Shown: positions 10,053-19,493 of the stretch, piece by piece | Numbering within the stretch: position 1 is the first letter of the stretch | Layout of the letters: each line of letters begins with the position of its first letter | Source: a virus | Direction: 5' to 3' (one strand) | IMG/VR virus record: IMGVR_UViG_3300010397_000041 | Coordinates: 1 to 64,000 of that record | DNA length: 64,000 bases | The notes under the pieces: model-generated | Databases searched by the model: none | What the model was told of the DNA's origin: nothing | What the model saw: the letters and a program-made list of their open reading frames with translations, nothing else | Made by a program: the position numbers and the translations under genes

Positions 10053-10211
10053 GGTCAGCGCCGAGCCGAAGGGCGCGTCTGCGGGCGGATTTGTAGCCGC
10101 TCCGCAGGCCGCCCAGGCCAGCTAACTTGCCTCATTTCCGCAGGTCAGCGGGGGTGACGTTGCGCGGTGAGAAACGTAACTCGGATCTTGGTGGGCTAAC
10201 CGCCGGCGAAG

Positions 10212-10772
10212 CTATCGCGACGCATCCCAGACAGCCCGGTTGATCACATAGACGTTGTTGTCTCGCCATGGTCCGACGGTGGCGACCTCGCGGAAGGTCA
10301 TCCCGAGTGTGCGCGCTACGCCGTTCATCCCGGAGTTGGCCTGGTCGGTGACGGTGACCATCTCGTCGAGGCCGAGCGACTCGAATCCGAAGGCGAGCGC
10401 GGCCCGGACGACCTCGGTGCCGAGGCCCTGGCCCCAACGGTCCCGGCGGATCGAGACCGCGACTTCGACGCCGGGCCAGCCTTCGGCGTAGTAGGTGCCG
10501 CCGCGGCCGAGGAACTCGCCGGTCTGACGGTCCTCCAGTGCCCACATTCCGTGCCCCAGGATCGCCCACATGCCCGCGAGGTTCATGACCAGCCGTTCGG
10601 TGGCCGCGCGGTCGAACGTGCCGTTGAGATAGCGCATCGTCTCGGGGTCAGCGTTCATGGCCGCGTAGGGGTCGATGTCGCCGGCGCGCCACGCCCGCAG
10701 GATCAGCCGGTCGGTGATGACGGTAGGCACGGTGATGGTCGACGCCGTGCCGAAAGTCAGGCCACCGGTCAT
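10212..10772 (-). CDS. GNAT N-acetyltransferase, RimJ/RimL family
   Basis: TDRLILRAW; RWGQGLGTE acetyl-CoA motif; NSGMNGVARTLGM. Confidence 0.9.
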   Translation of the reverse strand: MTGGLTFGTASTITVPTVITDRLILRAWRAGDIDPYAAMNADPETMRYLNGTFDRAATERLVMNLAGMWAILGHGMWALEDRQTGEFLGRGGTYYAEGWPGVEVAVSIRRDRWGQGLGTEVVRAALAFGFESLGLDEMVTVTDQANSGMNGVARTLGMTFREVATVGPWRDNNVYVINRAVWDASR

Positions 10773-12007
10773 GAGGCGGCTGCTGGGAGGGCGAGCCGCG
10801 GGCGGGCATCGAGCCGTTCCCGATAGTCACGGACCGGTCCGAAGTCGCTGAACGCGCGGAACGCGACATCCACGTCTCTGATCTTCGTCGTCACGGACGC
10901 TGTGGGCTGGACGTCCAGCATGTCTACGACACGACCGGCGAGGGCGGCTGCCTCCTCGGGCTCCGGGTCATCGCGTGCCAGCAGCGCCGCCGAGAGTCCC
11001 AGCAGCGCGTGCCCGTGCTCCTCGAAGCCGACTGCCGTACCACTGTCGTACGCGCGGATAGCGGCACGTGCGAGTGGTTCAGCCTCTCGGCCCGCGCCGA
11101 TCCGCGCGAGGACTCCAGCGGCGAACATGTCAGCGCTCGCCGCTGAGAACGGCGATGCGCCGGGCCGTGCAGGGCGATCCACGACCGCGCCGTTCATCCG
11201 ATCGAGCGCGGCCCTGGCACCGGTCGCATCGCCCATGGCAGCAAGTGCGCGTGCTTCGTAGGCGGCGAGCCGGGCGCGGGTGTAGTCGTTGTCTGCGACG
11301 GCCGCGCCCCGACGGGCCTCGTCGGCGGCGTCTTGGTAGGCGTGCCCGTAGAAGGCCAGGGTGGACATCATCTCGGCGACCGACGCTGTCAGGACGGGGT
11401 CGTCGACCTGCTCGGCATGGTCTCCAGCGAGTGTGAGGAACTGACGCGACGTCGGGGTGGCGCCGAGGTTGAACGACAGGCGGCACATCATGTACGCGGA
11501 GTAGCCCGCGATCTTCTCCAGCCGGGTCTGGGTCTTCGCCAGGACCTTCCCGCCGTCCAGGTGCCGTTTGGCTGACCGCCAGGTCTCGTACACCTCTTCC
11601 GCCATCACCGTGTGGGGTGTCGTCGTGAAGGCAGCGGCGTGCCGGTTCACGGCGTCAGTGAGTTCCCAGAGCGTCAACGCGTCCGGGCCGCTTCCCGCGC
11701 GGTCGCGTCGATCTCGGTAAGTCTTGGCGGCGAGTAGACCAGCCGCCCCGAACTCGAACAGCTCACGCCTGTCCGTGGGACTCACCTCCCCGACGACCGC
11801 TCGCCGCAGCTCGGCGAGCTCGCCATCAGTTCCATGATAATGATCTAGCTTGCTGATCAGTTCCGGCGAGGGAACGGGCTCAGTCGGAGACTCGGCTCGG
11901 CTGATGCCCGTCCGATCGTGCTGGATGCGCCGCGCCAGCGCCTCCTGACTCAGGTTTCCCCTCAGCTCACGAATCCGCCTGGCAAGTGTCGCGCGTGGTG
12001 AGTCCAT
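10769..12007 (-). CDS. XRE-family HTH regulator with C-terminal TPR-like helical domain
   Basis: LARRIRELRGNLSQEALARRIQHDRTGISRAE; DRRELF linker; helical repeats. Confidence 0.85.
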   Translation of the reverse strand: MDSPRATLARRIRELRGNLSQEALARRIQHDRTGISRAESPTEPVPSPELISKLDHYHGTDGELAELRRAVVGEVSPTDRRELFEFGAAGLLAAKTYRDRRDRAGSGPDALTLWELTDAVNRHAAAFTTTPHTVMAEEVYETWRSAKRHLDGGKVLAKTQTRLEKIAGYSAYMMCRLSFNLGATPTSRQFLTLAGDHAEQVDDPVLTASVAEMMSTLAFYGHAYQDAADEARRGAAVADNDYTRARLAAYEARALAAMGDATGARAALDRMNGAVVDRPARPGASPFSAASADMFAAGVLARIGAGREAEPLARAAIRAYDSGTAVGFEEHGHALLGLSAALLARDDPEPEEAAALAGRVVDMLDVQPTASVTTKIRDVDVAFRAFSDFGPVRDYRERLDARPRLALPAAAS

Positions 12008-12040
12008 TCCACTCCCCCGGTCATTGTGCGCGGCGTGAAC

Positions 12041-12065
12041 AACACACCACAGCACAACACAACAC
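12041..12065. promoter_or_regulatory. Five tandem A(A/C/G)CAC pentamers upstream of the XRE gene, candidate operator
   Basis: aacac accac agcac aacac aacac in the divergent intergenic region. Confidence 0.5.
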
Positions 12066-12344
12066 GGCTGCACGTCTCGTCACCGCCTCACCACTGCGTG
12101 AAGGTGTCCATGCCGGCAATGGCGCCGGCGGGAGCACGGAGAGCCAGGCAGGCGCCGATCCATGACATGCCGACGCGGCCGTGCAAGCAAGGCACCGAAC
12201 TAATCTCCCGGCCGGTACTCCGGCTGCGGGCGGTGCCAACCGGGTCGAGCGGCGGAAGCCGCCCCAACCCCTTCACAGGCACCGCGTTCGCCCGGGTGAT
12301 GACCCAACCTCGGGCGGACGCGGAACCACCGCGCAGGAGGCATC

Positions 12345-13310
12345 GTGAACACCTCGCACCCCGCCGGCCCGGTGGCCGCTGCGGCCGTCGCCGCCCGCCT
12401 CGACAGTGCCGACACTCTCGACGCGCTCCGCCTCGAGCTGACGGCTCTCGCCGACGGATGGGAGACGACCTCGCCCGCCGTCGCCGCGCGTACGCTCTAC
12501 GACCTGGAGGCGCGGGCCCATGTCCTGTCCGCTGGGGTACGTAACGCGGACGCCGCCGCTGCCTGGGCGCATCTGCGCTGCCAGGTGTACGTCATGGAGT
12601 CGCAGTCGCTGATCGACCTTGGCCGGCCGCGGGACGCCTACCAATCGGCTGATGCCGCGCTGAAGCTCGCCGCCGCTTTGCACGACCCGGCGACTCAGGC
12701 GCATGCCGAGACGCTCGCCGCGACTGTCGCCCGGCAGGCCCACGCCCCCGCCAACCCGGCCCGTCTACTCACCGCGGCCTGTGACCGGGCTGGCGGCTCC
12801 TACGGTTCGGCGATCGCCCGCACCTGGCGTGCCGTCATCGTCGCGCGCAGCGGCGCTGTGGCCGGCCGGCAGCTCATGGACGCCGTGACCAGCGCCGAGG
12901 CCGCCGACCTCGGCACCGGCCGGACGGGGTTTGCGCTCGGCGGCTGGGATCCGGTCTGCCGGGACGCTCAGCTCGGCGCGGCGCTGGCAGCCACCGGCCT
13001 GCGCGGCCCGGCGCGTGAGCGGCTCGACCGGGCCGCCGCTGCCACCGGGCCCGGCGCCGACGGGACACTTGTGGCGCCGCGCCTGCACGCCCTAGTGCTG
13101 ATCTACCGGGCCCAGTCCGCAGCCGCCGCCGGCGACCTCGACGAGGCCCGACAGCTCGTCGGCCAGGCGTTCGCCGCCGCGGCCGGCCTCCCCTCGGCGC
13201 AGCTCGCTGCCGGCGCCCTGCGCATCGCGGTTCGAGCCGAAGCGCGCGGCGAGGACTGGAGCGACATCCGCGCCACCACGGACGGCATCGGGCTCGCTCT
13301 GTCCGCTTGA
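12345..13310 (+). CDS. TPR-like helical protein lacking HTH
   Basis: AGGAGG RBS; Ala-rich helical repeats resembling the sensor domain of XRE-TPR proteins. Confidence 0.65.
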   Translation: MNTSHPAGPVAAAAVAARLDSADTLDALRLELTALADGWETTSPAVAARTLYDLEARAHVLSAGVRNADAAAAWAHLRCQVYVMESQSLIDLGRPRDAYQSADAALKLAAALHDPATQAHAETLAATVARQAHAPANPARLLTAACDRAGGSYGSAIARTWRAVIVARSGAVAGRQLMDAVTSAEAADLGTGRTGFALGGWDPVCRDAQLGAALAATGLRGPARERLDRAAAATGPGADGTLVAPRLHALVLIYRAQSAAAAGDLDEARQLVGQAFAAAAGLPSAQLAAGALRIAVRAEARGEDWSDIRATTDGIGLALSA

Positions 13311-13314
13311 GACC

Positions 13315-13361
13315 CCCGCGCCCGCCCGAACGTCCGTAGTTGCCCAACGGGCGGGCGCGGG
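13315..13361 (+). terminator. GC-rich hairpin after the TPR gene
   Basis: cccgcgcccgcccg...cgggcgggcgcggg inverted repeat. Confidence 0.5.
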
Positions 13362-13478
13362 CCCTCCCACCCCTGGCGTCAGCTCCTGACACGGGAGGAC
13401 CCAGCTCGTATCCGAACAGTCACCTTCCGCCTGTCCTACCGTTATGACGCCGCCAGGCCGCCCCAAAGGATTCGCCAC

Positions 13479-14483
13479 ATGACCCTGATCGACGACCGGC
13501 CGTCCACGCTGCACCGCATGCAGCTGGAGCTCACCGGACGCTGCCCGCTCAGCTGCTCGCACTGTTTCACCTCGTCTGGACCGACCGTGTCACACGGCAC
13601 GATGACGACCGGAGACTGGCTGGCCGTCGTCGAGCAGGCCGCCGGCGTCGGCGCGAGGGCGGTGCAGCTCATCGGCGGCGAGCCGACGACCAGCCCCGCT
13701 TTCGTGCCGGTGCTCGAGCGTGCGTTGGATCTCGGCTTGGAGGTGGAGGTGTTCTCGAACCTCCATTTCCCCGCCCGGCTGTGGGAGTTGCTGGCCCGGC
13801 CGGGGGTGACGCTCGCAACCTCCTACTACGACGTCAACCCGGCAGTTCACGACCAGGTCACCAACCGACCTGGCAGCCACGCCCGCACCCGGTCGCGGAT
13901 CGTCGAGGCGCTCGCCCTGCAGGTCCCGATCCGGGTCGCGGTCATCGAGGTCGTCGACGGGCAGGACGTCGAGGCAACCCGGGCAGAGCTGGTCGCCCTC
14001 GGCATCCCCGAGACGCTGATCCAGGTCGACCGGATGCGCGGGATCGGCCGCGGCGCCGGCGGTGCGGCCTTCAACCCGGCCGAGCTGTGCGGATCCTGCG
14101 GCCATGGCCGGGCGGCCGTGCTGCCCGACGGGACGCTCGCGCCGTGCACGATGGGCCGGGCCCTGGCCGCCGGCAACGTCCGCACCGCCCCGCTCGACGA
14201 GCTGCTCGCCGGCGAGCTGTGGGCAGAGGCGCTGGCGCTGGTACCGCCAAAGCTGGCGACTCAGTGCTCGCCGAAGACCGACGGCTCGGACTGCGGGCCG
14301 CGAGAGCAGACCTGCACACCGGGAACGGAATGCCAGCCCGGAACGAGTTCCTGCGGGCCATCGAAGAACTTTGCTCTGCTCCCCGTTCACGCGGTGACAG
14401 GCTGCACGCCGCACGACGGGTCGGACTGCGACCCGTCCGGACAGACGGCCTGCGCGCCCGACTTCGACGACGCCGGCGCATGA
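13479..14483 (+). CDS. Radical SAM protein with SPASM/twitch domain and Cys-rich CxP-repeat tail
   Basis: CPLSCSHC (CxxxCxxC); GGEP; CGSC...VLPDGTLAPC; tail with 8 CxP motifs. Confidence 0.9.
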   Translation: MTLIDDRPSTLHRMQLELTGRCPLSCSHCFTSSGPTVSHGTMTTGDWLAVVEQAAGVGARAVQLIGGEPTTSPAFVPVLERALDLGLEVEVFSNLHFPARLWELLARPGVTLATSYYDVNPAVHDQVTNRPGSHARTRSRIVEALALQVPIRVAVIEVVDGQDVEATRAELVALGIPETLIQVDRMRGIGRGAGGAAFNPAELCGSCGHGRAAVLPDGTLAPCTMGRALAAGNVRTAPLDELLAGELWAEALALVPPKLATQCSPKTDGSDCGPREQTCTPGTECQPGTSSCGPSKNFALLPVHAVTGCTPHDGSDCDPSGQTACAPDFDDAGA

Positions 14484-15634
14484 TGGCCGACGACGAGCCG
14501 TGGCGGCCGGACGCTCGCGGCCTGGCCGATACGGTGACCCATCCCGGGTCACGCTGGTGGCCGGTGGTCGCCGCAGTCCCCCGGCATGTGTTCGTCCCGG
14601 CCTGGTGGGTGTGGGGCGACGACGGCTGGTTCCTTCGGTACGGCCCGACCGGCGCCTACCAGAACCGGTCGCTGGTAACCCGTGTCGGCAAGGCCCACGC
14701 AGACTTCGCAGGCAAGGCGGACCGGCCGACGGGCGATCCGACGTCGTCGTCGACGGAGCCGGGGCTGCTGCTGACGATGTACCGCCACGCCCAGCTAGCC
14801 ACCGGGCTCGACATCCTCGATGTCGGCACCGGGTCCGGCTACGGGGCGGCGCTGCTCGCGACCCGGTACGGCGATGAGCGGGTCACGACGGTCGACGTCG
14901 ACCCTTACCTAGTCGAGGCGGCGGCCGGTCGGCTTGCCGACGTCGGACTGACGCCCGAGGTGGGGATTGTCGACGCGACCGGCCCGCTTCCCGGCAGCTT
15001 CGATCGGATCGTGGCGACCGTGTCGGTCCGGTCGATCCCCCCGTCGTGGCTGGACGCGCTGAGGCCCGGCGGCCGGCTCGTCACGACGATAAGCGGAACG
15101 TGGATGATCCTCACCGTCGCGAAGCAGGCGAACGGTGAGATCCGCGGCCAGGTCGCCCGCGACTGGGCCGGTTTCATGCCCACCAGGCACGGCGACAACT
15201 ACCCGCCGGCCGGCGTCGACGTCGACGACCTTCTGAAACGGGAGGGCGAGCAGGTCAGCGCCGGCTGCTACCCGGTCCTCGACATCGCCGACGCCTGGGA
15301 GCTGTCGACGATGCTCGCGATCGCCGCCGGCGTCGACATCGAGCACCGTTACATCCCGCCCGGCCCCGACGGCACGCACACGGCGCTACTGGCCCACCCG
15401 GACGGCTCCTGGGCCCGGGCTACCGCCATCGGCACAGCACAGCCACAGGTCCACCAGGGCGGCCCGCGCCGCCTGTGGGACGTCCTCGATCAGGTTCGGG
15501 ACGACTGGCTGCGCATGGGTATGGCACCGTGGATCGGCGCTAACGCCCTGGTGAGGCCGGACGGCGCCGTGGTCCTCGCGCGGGGCAGCTGGCGGGCAAC
15601 GATCCCCGCCGCCCCGAGACAGGCAAGAACTTAG
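14480..15634 (+). CDS. Protein-L-isoaspartate O-methyltransferase-like (RiPP-associated PIMT)
   Basis: AVPRHVFVP; PTSSSTEPG; LDVGTGSGY; FDRIVATV; LRPGGRLV; QGGPRRLWD; ATGA coupling to rSAM. Confidence 0.88.
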   Translation: MMADDEPWRPDARGLADTVTHPGSRWWPVVAAVPRHVFVPAWWVWGDDGWFLRYGPTGAYQNRSLVTRVGKAHADFAGKADRPTGDPTSSSTEPGLLLTMYRHAQLATGLDILDVGTGSGYGAALLATRYGDERVTTVDVDPYLVEAAAGRLADVGLTPEVGIVDATGPLPGSFDRIVATVSVRSIPPSWLDALRPGGRLVTTISGTWMILTVAKQANGEIRGQVARDWAGFMPTRHGDNYPPAGVDVDDLLKREGEQVSAGCYPVLDIADAWELSTMLAIAAGVDIEHRYIPPGPDGTHTALLAHPDGSWARATAIGTAQPQVHQGGPRRLWDVLDQVRDDWLRMGMAPWIGANALVRPDGAVVLARGSWRATIPAAPRQART

Positions 15635-15885
15635 GGCAGGCGCCACCCGGGCCGGTGGGCGTCAAGCCATACCTCGACGTCGTCGCGATGCCACAGGCGG
15701 AGACGCTGGTGGTCGACGATCGGATCCGGGAAGCCCTTCGTCGATGCGACGCGCGCCGCGTACTCGCGGCTCACGCGCTCGCGGCGGCGGGAGCCCTGGC
15801 CGAGCAAGGTCCGGAACTCGTCGATGTCGACGGCATTGTCCAGCTCGGCGCGGGTGACGACGTCTCGCCGTGGCCAGTTCGGCAC
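15631..15885 (-). CDS. AlpA/Xis-like HTH DNA-binding protein
   Basis: FPDP...RLWHRDDVEVW wing motif; TAGCGT -10 just upstream (leaderless). Confidence 0.75.
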   Translation of the reverse strand: MPNWPRRDVVTRAELDNAVDIDEFRTLLGQGSRRRERVSREYAARVASTKGFPDPIVDHQRLRLWHRDDVEVWLDAHRPGWRLP

Positions 15886-16033
15886 GCTGGCCGACGCTAG
15901 GTGTCCCGCTACATGAACGCCGTCCGTGGTTCCTGTACCGGAACAAACGCGCTACGGTGCCCGCCAGGCCACGAAAAAGGCCCGCCCGGGGCGGCCACCC
16001 CGGAACGGGCCACGACGCCGCGGGAGGCGCCGT

Positions 16034-16628
16034 ATGGACCACAGCATGCCCGATGTCCGGCCGCCGGTCGATGAGCCTCCGGCCGCGGAGCCGGCCGGGA
16101 GTGAATCCCTCGCGGTGATCGGCGGGGCCGTCGAGCCGAACGCCGATCTCGGCCCCTGGATCGAGCCGTGCCGGGACTGCATCCTGCGCTACTGGAACAC
16201 GCGCCGGGCCGGTGTCCAGTGAGCCCGAACGAACTCGAACGGCACTTCGCGCACGCCCGGCTACGACTGCCCCGGGAGCGGTTCGTCCTGGTCCAGCTCG
16301 CCGGCGGCGAGCCACTGTCCGCGGTCATCTGCCCGACCGAACGGGCTGCGCGCGACGTCGCCGAGGCCGCCGGACTCAGCCCGACTGACTACCGGATCAT
16401 CCCGGGCCGGGACTTCTGACCATGGACATCACGATCATCGGCAAGCCCACCGAGATACAGGCCGCCATCGACGCGCTGGACCTTCTGCTGGACGTCCGCA
16501 TGACGTCCGCACCCGAGCCGGCCGGCGACGGCCGCGTCCAGGTGCACGCCGTCGCCCTCGACCCGCAGGAACCCGGCTACGGGGCCGGCGAGCTGGGCAC
16601 CGACGAAATACCCGCGACAGGCGCGTAA
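16034..16628 (+). CDS. Three small hypothetical genes (16034-16222, 16219-16419, 16422-16628)
   Basis: GGAGG RBS, GTGA coupling, high GC3. Confidence 0.5.
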
Positions 16629-16731
16629 GGCCGGCGCAGGCCGACAGCGCAGTCGGCCTGCGCCCTCACGACCCGCGGGCGTGCGGGATCCTCCTGACGG
16701 CCGCGTACCCAGGCGGTTACTCGCAGCGTGC

Positions 16732-16750
16732 TGTACTGCGGTGCAGTACA
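16732..16750. promoter_or_regulatory. Palindromic operator TGTACTGC-N3-GCAGTACA
   Basis: Perfect 8-bp inverted repeat upstream of a TACTGT -10 and the HTH gene. Confidence 0.55.
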
Positions 16751-16775
16751 ACGGTGCATTCCTACTGTCCGGCCG

Positions 16776-17117
16776 GTGGCGCTGGACCGCGATTACGTCA
16801 CCCTCGCCGAGATCGACATGCTCGTCGGGGTCGCTGAGCTGCGCATTTTCCTCGGCCTGGGCCGCGAGGGCGGCCAGCCTGTCAGCCGCTCCTACGCCGA
16901 GCAGGTCGTGAACGGGGCCCGGTTCCCTGCCCCGCTGATCCGCTACCCCCGAAAGGGCCGCCTCCACGTCCGCCTGTGGCTCCTCGGCCCGGTCCTCGCG
17001 TGGATGGATGTGAACAAGCCGTCCTGGAGGGGCCGCCTCCCGGCAGGCAGCGAACACTGGACACGGGAGAGGCTGATGGAGTTCGTCGACGCTCAGGTGT
17101 TCGCGCTCGACACCTAG
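16776..17117 (+). CDS. AlpA/Xis-like HTH protein, paralog of 15631-15885
   Basis: VTLAEID...VSRSYA...FPAP...RLW...PSWR matches the 15885 gene. Confidence 0.75.
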   Translation: MALDRDYVTLAEIDMLVGVAELRIFLGLGREGGQPVSRSYAEQVVNGARFPAPLIRYPRKGRLHVRLWLLGPVLAWMDVNKPSWRGRLPAGSEHWTRERLMEFVDAQVFALDT

Positions 17118-17330
17118 CGCCAACGTCGACGATGCCCCGGAGGCAGGTGTCAGGTCTCGGCCATCGATGGCCGCTGTACAGGGCGGAGCGCGAGGCCCGG
17201 AAATGGTGCGGGCCGGCGGGTTTGGTGGTTCTGGCGCCCGCCGGCCCTATGCCCCTTGCAAACCCAAGCCGGAGACCAGCCCGAGAAACCTCAGAGTAGC
17301 GCGCCGCGTCTCACGCCCGCCAGGGCAGAG

Positions 17331-17735
17331 TCAGGCACCCTGACCCGGCCGGGCCGCGTCCCACGCGACCAGGTCCCCCAACCGGTACAGCCCGGCATCG
17401 TCCGGCCGGGGGAAGTAGTGCCGCTCCCCCGCCGGCGGCCAGCCCGCGGCGGCCGCTCGGCGCGCGTACTGGTAGAGCGTTGACTGGCTGCGGTCCGTCT
17501 CGACCGCGTAGGCCGAGAGTGTCAGCCACCGGTCGGGGCCGCCGTCAGGGACGGGCCGCGTTGGCGCGCCCGCGATCCGGGGATGCGCCGCGAGCCAGCC
17601 GCGGATCGCCGTCTCGGTCCGCTGCCCGGCCGGCGGGAAGTCCTCGTACCGGAGGGGCCAGCCGCGGGCCGTCCGCTCCGACCGGCCAGCGAGCTCGGCG
17701 ATCTCGGCGAACGTCAGAGACCGCCCGTCGGTCAC
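17331..17735 (-). CDS. Tandem AlpA-like HTH protein
   Basis: LTFAEIAELAGRSERTARGW...FPP and a second LTLSAYA...FPRPD...YRLGDLVAW. Confidence 0.7.
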   Translation of the reverse strand: MTDGRSLTFAEIAELAGRSERTARGWPLRYEDFPPAGQRTETAIRGWLAAHPRIAGAPTRPVPDGGPDRWLTLSAYAVETDRSQSTLYQYARRAAAAGWPPAGERHYFPRPDDAGLYRLGDLVAWDAARPGQGA

Positions 17736-17953
17736 CCGTCGACGCCCTCGACAGCGTCGCCGAGGATCGCCGCCGCGGGCAGCATGCCGTCCGCGAACCG
17801 CGCGGCGACCTCGCGCGGGACGCGGAAAGCGAGTGGCACGCCACCGCCGGTGCCGGCGGTGATGAGGACCTGGCCGCCGGGCAGCGGGTAGGCCGCGAGC
17901 TCGTCGACGGCCGGCGCGATACGGGCGAGCTCCGTGAGCTCGGTTTTGTCCAT
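17732..17953 (-). CDS. Small hypothetical protein
   Basis: AGGAG RBS; GTGA coupling. Confidence 0.55.
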   Translation of the reverse strand: MDKTELTELARIAPAVDELAAYPLPGGQVLITAGTGGGVPLAFRVPREVAARFADGMLPAAAILGDAVEGVDG

Positions 17954-18032
17954 GAGCTTCTCCTGCAGGTGGTTGACGTGGCTGCTGGGTGGCACGCCGG
18001 CCGCCCTGGGTGGGCGGCCGGCGCTGGCCCTG

Positions 18033-18314
18033 TTAGGGCCGGTCGGAATCGGTCGAGCGGAGCCGTTCCACCTCGGCGGCGGCGCCGGTCAGGCGCCGGG
18101 CGAGCGATGCTGCCCGAGTCTTGCCTGCGCGGCGCTGGGAGAACATCCCGATCAGCATGCGAGCCATGTCGCGTGCCTCATCGGGTGTCAGCCAGGCCAC
18201 GCGGGTCGGCAGGCCCTCTCCGTCGATGTAGGTGACTCGCACCATCCAGCGTCCGTCGTCCCAGGGGTCGACGCTGCGGGCTGCTGCGATCTCGACGCGA
18301 TCCGAATCGAACAT
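18033..18314 (-). CDS. Small hypothetical protein (beta3-alpha)
   Basis: GAGAGGAG RBS within the left arm of the inverted repeat. Confidence 0.65.
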   Translation of the reverse strand: MFDSDRVEIAAARSVDPWDDGRWMVRVTYIDGEGLPTRVAWLTPDEARDMARMLIGMFSQRRAGKTRAASLARRLTGAAAEVERLRSTDSDRP

Positions 18315-18318
18315 CGGA

Positions 18319-18547
18319 TCTCCTCTCTTGAGTTTTTAAGGGGCCCGGTTCGGGGTGCCACCCCCTTGCCGGTATGACTTACTTTAGCATGTCAGCATCT
18401 CACGTGAACACATGAACCCAACAATTAGGTTGGCCGATTCGTTGTTGGTATCGAGTGTCTTGTGGTCGATCGCCTATGCTAAAGTAAGTCATGTCGGAGC
18501 GGGGTGGCACCCAAACCGACAGCCCTTTACAAACTCAAGAGAGGAGA
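18319..18547. repeat. ~72-bp imperfect inverted repeat (duplicated divergent promoter/leader) around an 85-bp spacer
   Basis: Arms 18319-18390 and 18476-18547; perfect cores ATGACTTACTTTAGCAT and TCTCCTCTCTTGAGTTT. Confidence 0.9.
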
Positions 18548-18557
18548 AGAAGTCCAC

Positions 18558-18761
18558 ATGGACGACTTCCTCGGATTCGGTTCCCTCGAATTTGCCATCG
18601 TCGAGTTCCCGGATGGGAAGTTCGGCGTCGGCATCGAGGCAACCGTGGGAGACCAGGTCTTCCGCATGCCGATGAGCATCGACGTTGCCCTCGACATCGC
18701 CGAATCGCTCCTCGGAGCGGCGAAGCTGGCCAAGCTGCGCAACATCGCTGGCCAGAACTGA
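18558..18761 (+). CDS. Small hypothetical protein (beta3-alpha)
   Basis: GAGAGGAG RBS within the right arm of the inverted repeat. Confidence 0.65.
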   Translation: MDDFLGFGSLEFAIVEFPDGKFGVGIEATVGDQVFRMPMSIDVALDIAESLLGAAKLAKLRNIAGQN

Positions 18762-18854
18762 CCCACTCCCCAGCGGCCCCCGGCATCCAGCCGGGGGCCG
18801 CCCCAGGAAGTCGTCCAACCGCAGGGCCGCCCGGTGCCACCCGGGCGGCACAAA

Positions 18855-19493
18855 CTACCGGCGCGAACGGGACACGCGGAACGATCCGAGGCTCCGGAGC
18901 CGGACCGCGGCCTCGGCGACCTCCGGGTCCAGATCCGGCTCGTCCGGATCGACCCGCCGCACGTCACCGGCCGCCCCGGTCACCTCGACGAGCTTCGGGC
19001 CCGGGCCGATACCGGGCGGCAGCGGGGTGAACCGGGTGCCGCCGGCCGTGCCGTCTCGGCCGGTCCAGTCGTCGCCGAAACGATCAGCCATCGGTCTTCC
19101 CCTCGGGTTCCGGGCCTTGGGCGTCCATCGCGGCCCACGCTTTCGCGAACAGCTCGTCGGCCGCAGCGAGCTGCTCATCAGTCGCCCCGGGTAGGCGGCC
19201 CTGGCCGACCTCGCCGTCCTTGATCCAGATCGTTCCCCGCCAACGCGCCTCGACCGCCGCGGGCGTGGATTCGTCGTGGTCAGCCATTGGCGGCCTCCTC
19301 AAGGCGAACTATGGGCACGGCCGCGTTCGACCGTTTTCACCGCCTGCCAGTTCACCATCTCCCAACCGTTCGGACGATCCCAATCGGTTACGGCATGCTG
19401 GCTGACCCACTGGCCGACTTGAGCGAAAGGCCGCGGGCCCAGGACCTCGTCAGGCGGCGTGGCCGGCAGCGTGCTGTCGATGAGGAGTTTCAT
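18855..19493 (-). CDS. Three small hypothetical genes (19299-19493, 19084-19287, 18855-19091)
   Basis: Coupled or RBS-bearing ORFs downstream of the HTH gene. Confidence 0.5.

Noticed and set aside
10053-10211. Possible clt/origin downstream of traB (CCGCAGG twice, GCTAAC twice)
   Set aside because: Too few and too short repeats to support a call
12074-12344. Possible separate RiPP precursor ORF between the XRE and TPR genes
   Set aside because: No frame with convincing RBS, codon bias or precursor motif
13781-14479. 617-aa ORF suggesting an N-terminally extended methyltransferase
   Set aside because: The extension overlaps the rSAM in a shadow frame; the real start is the ATGA-coupled ATG at 14480
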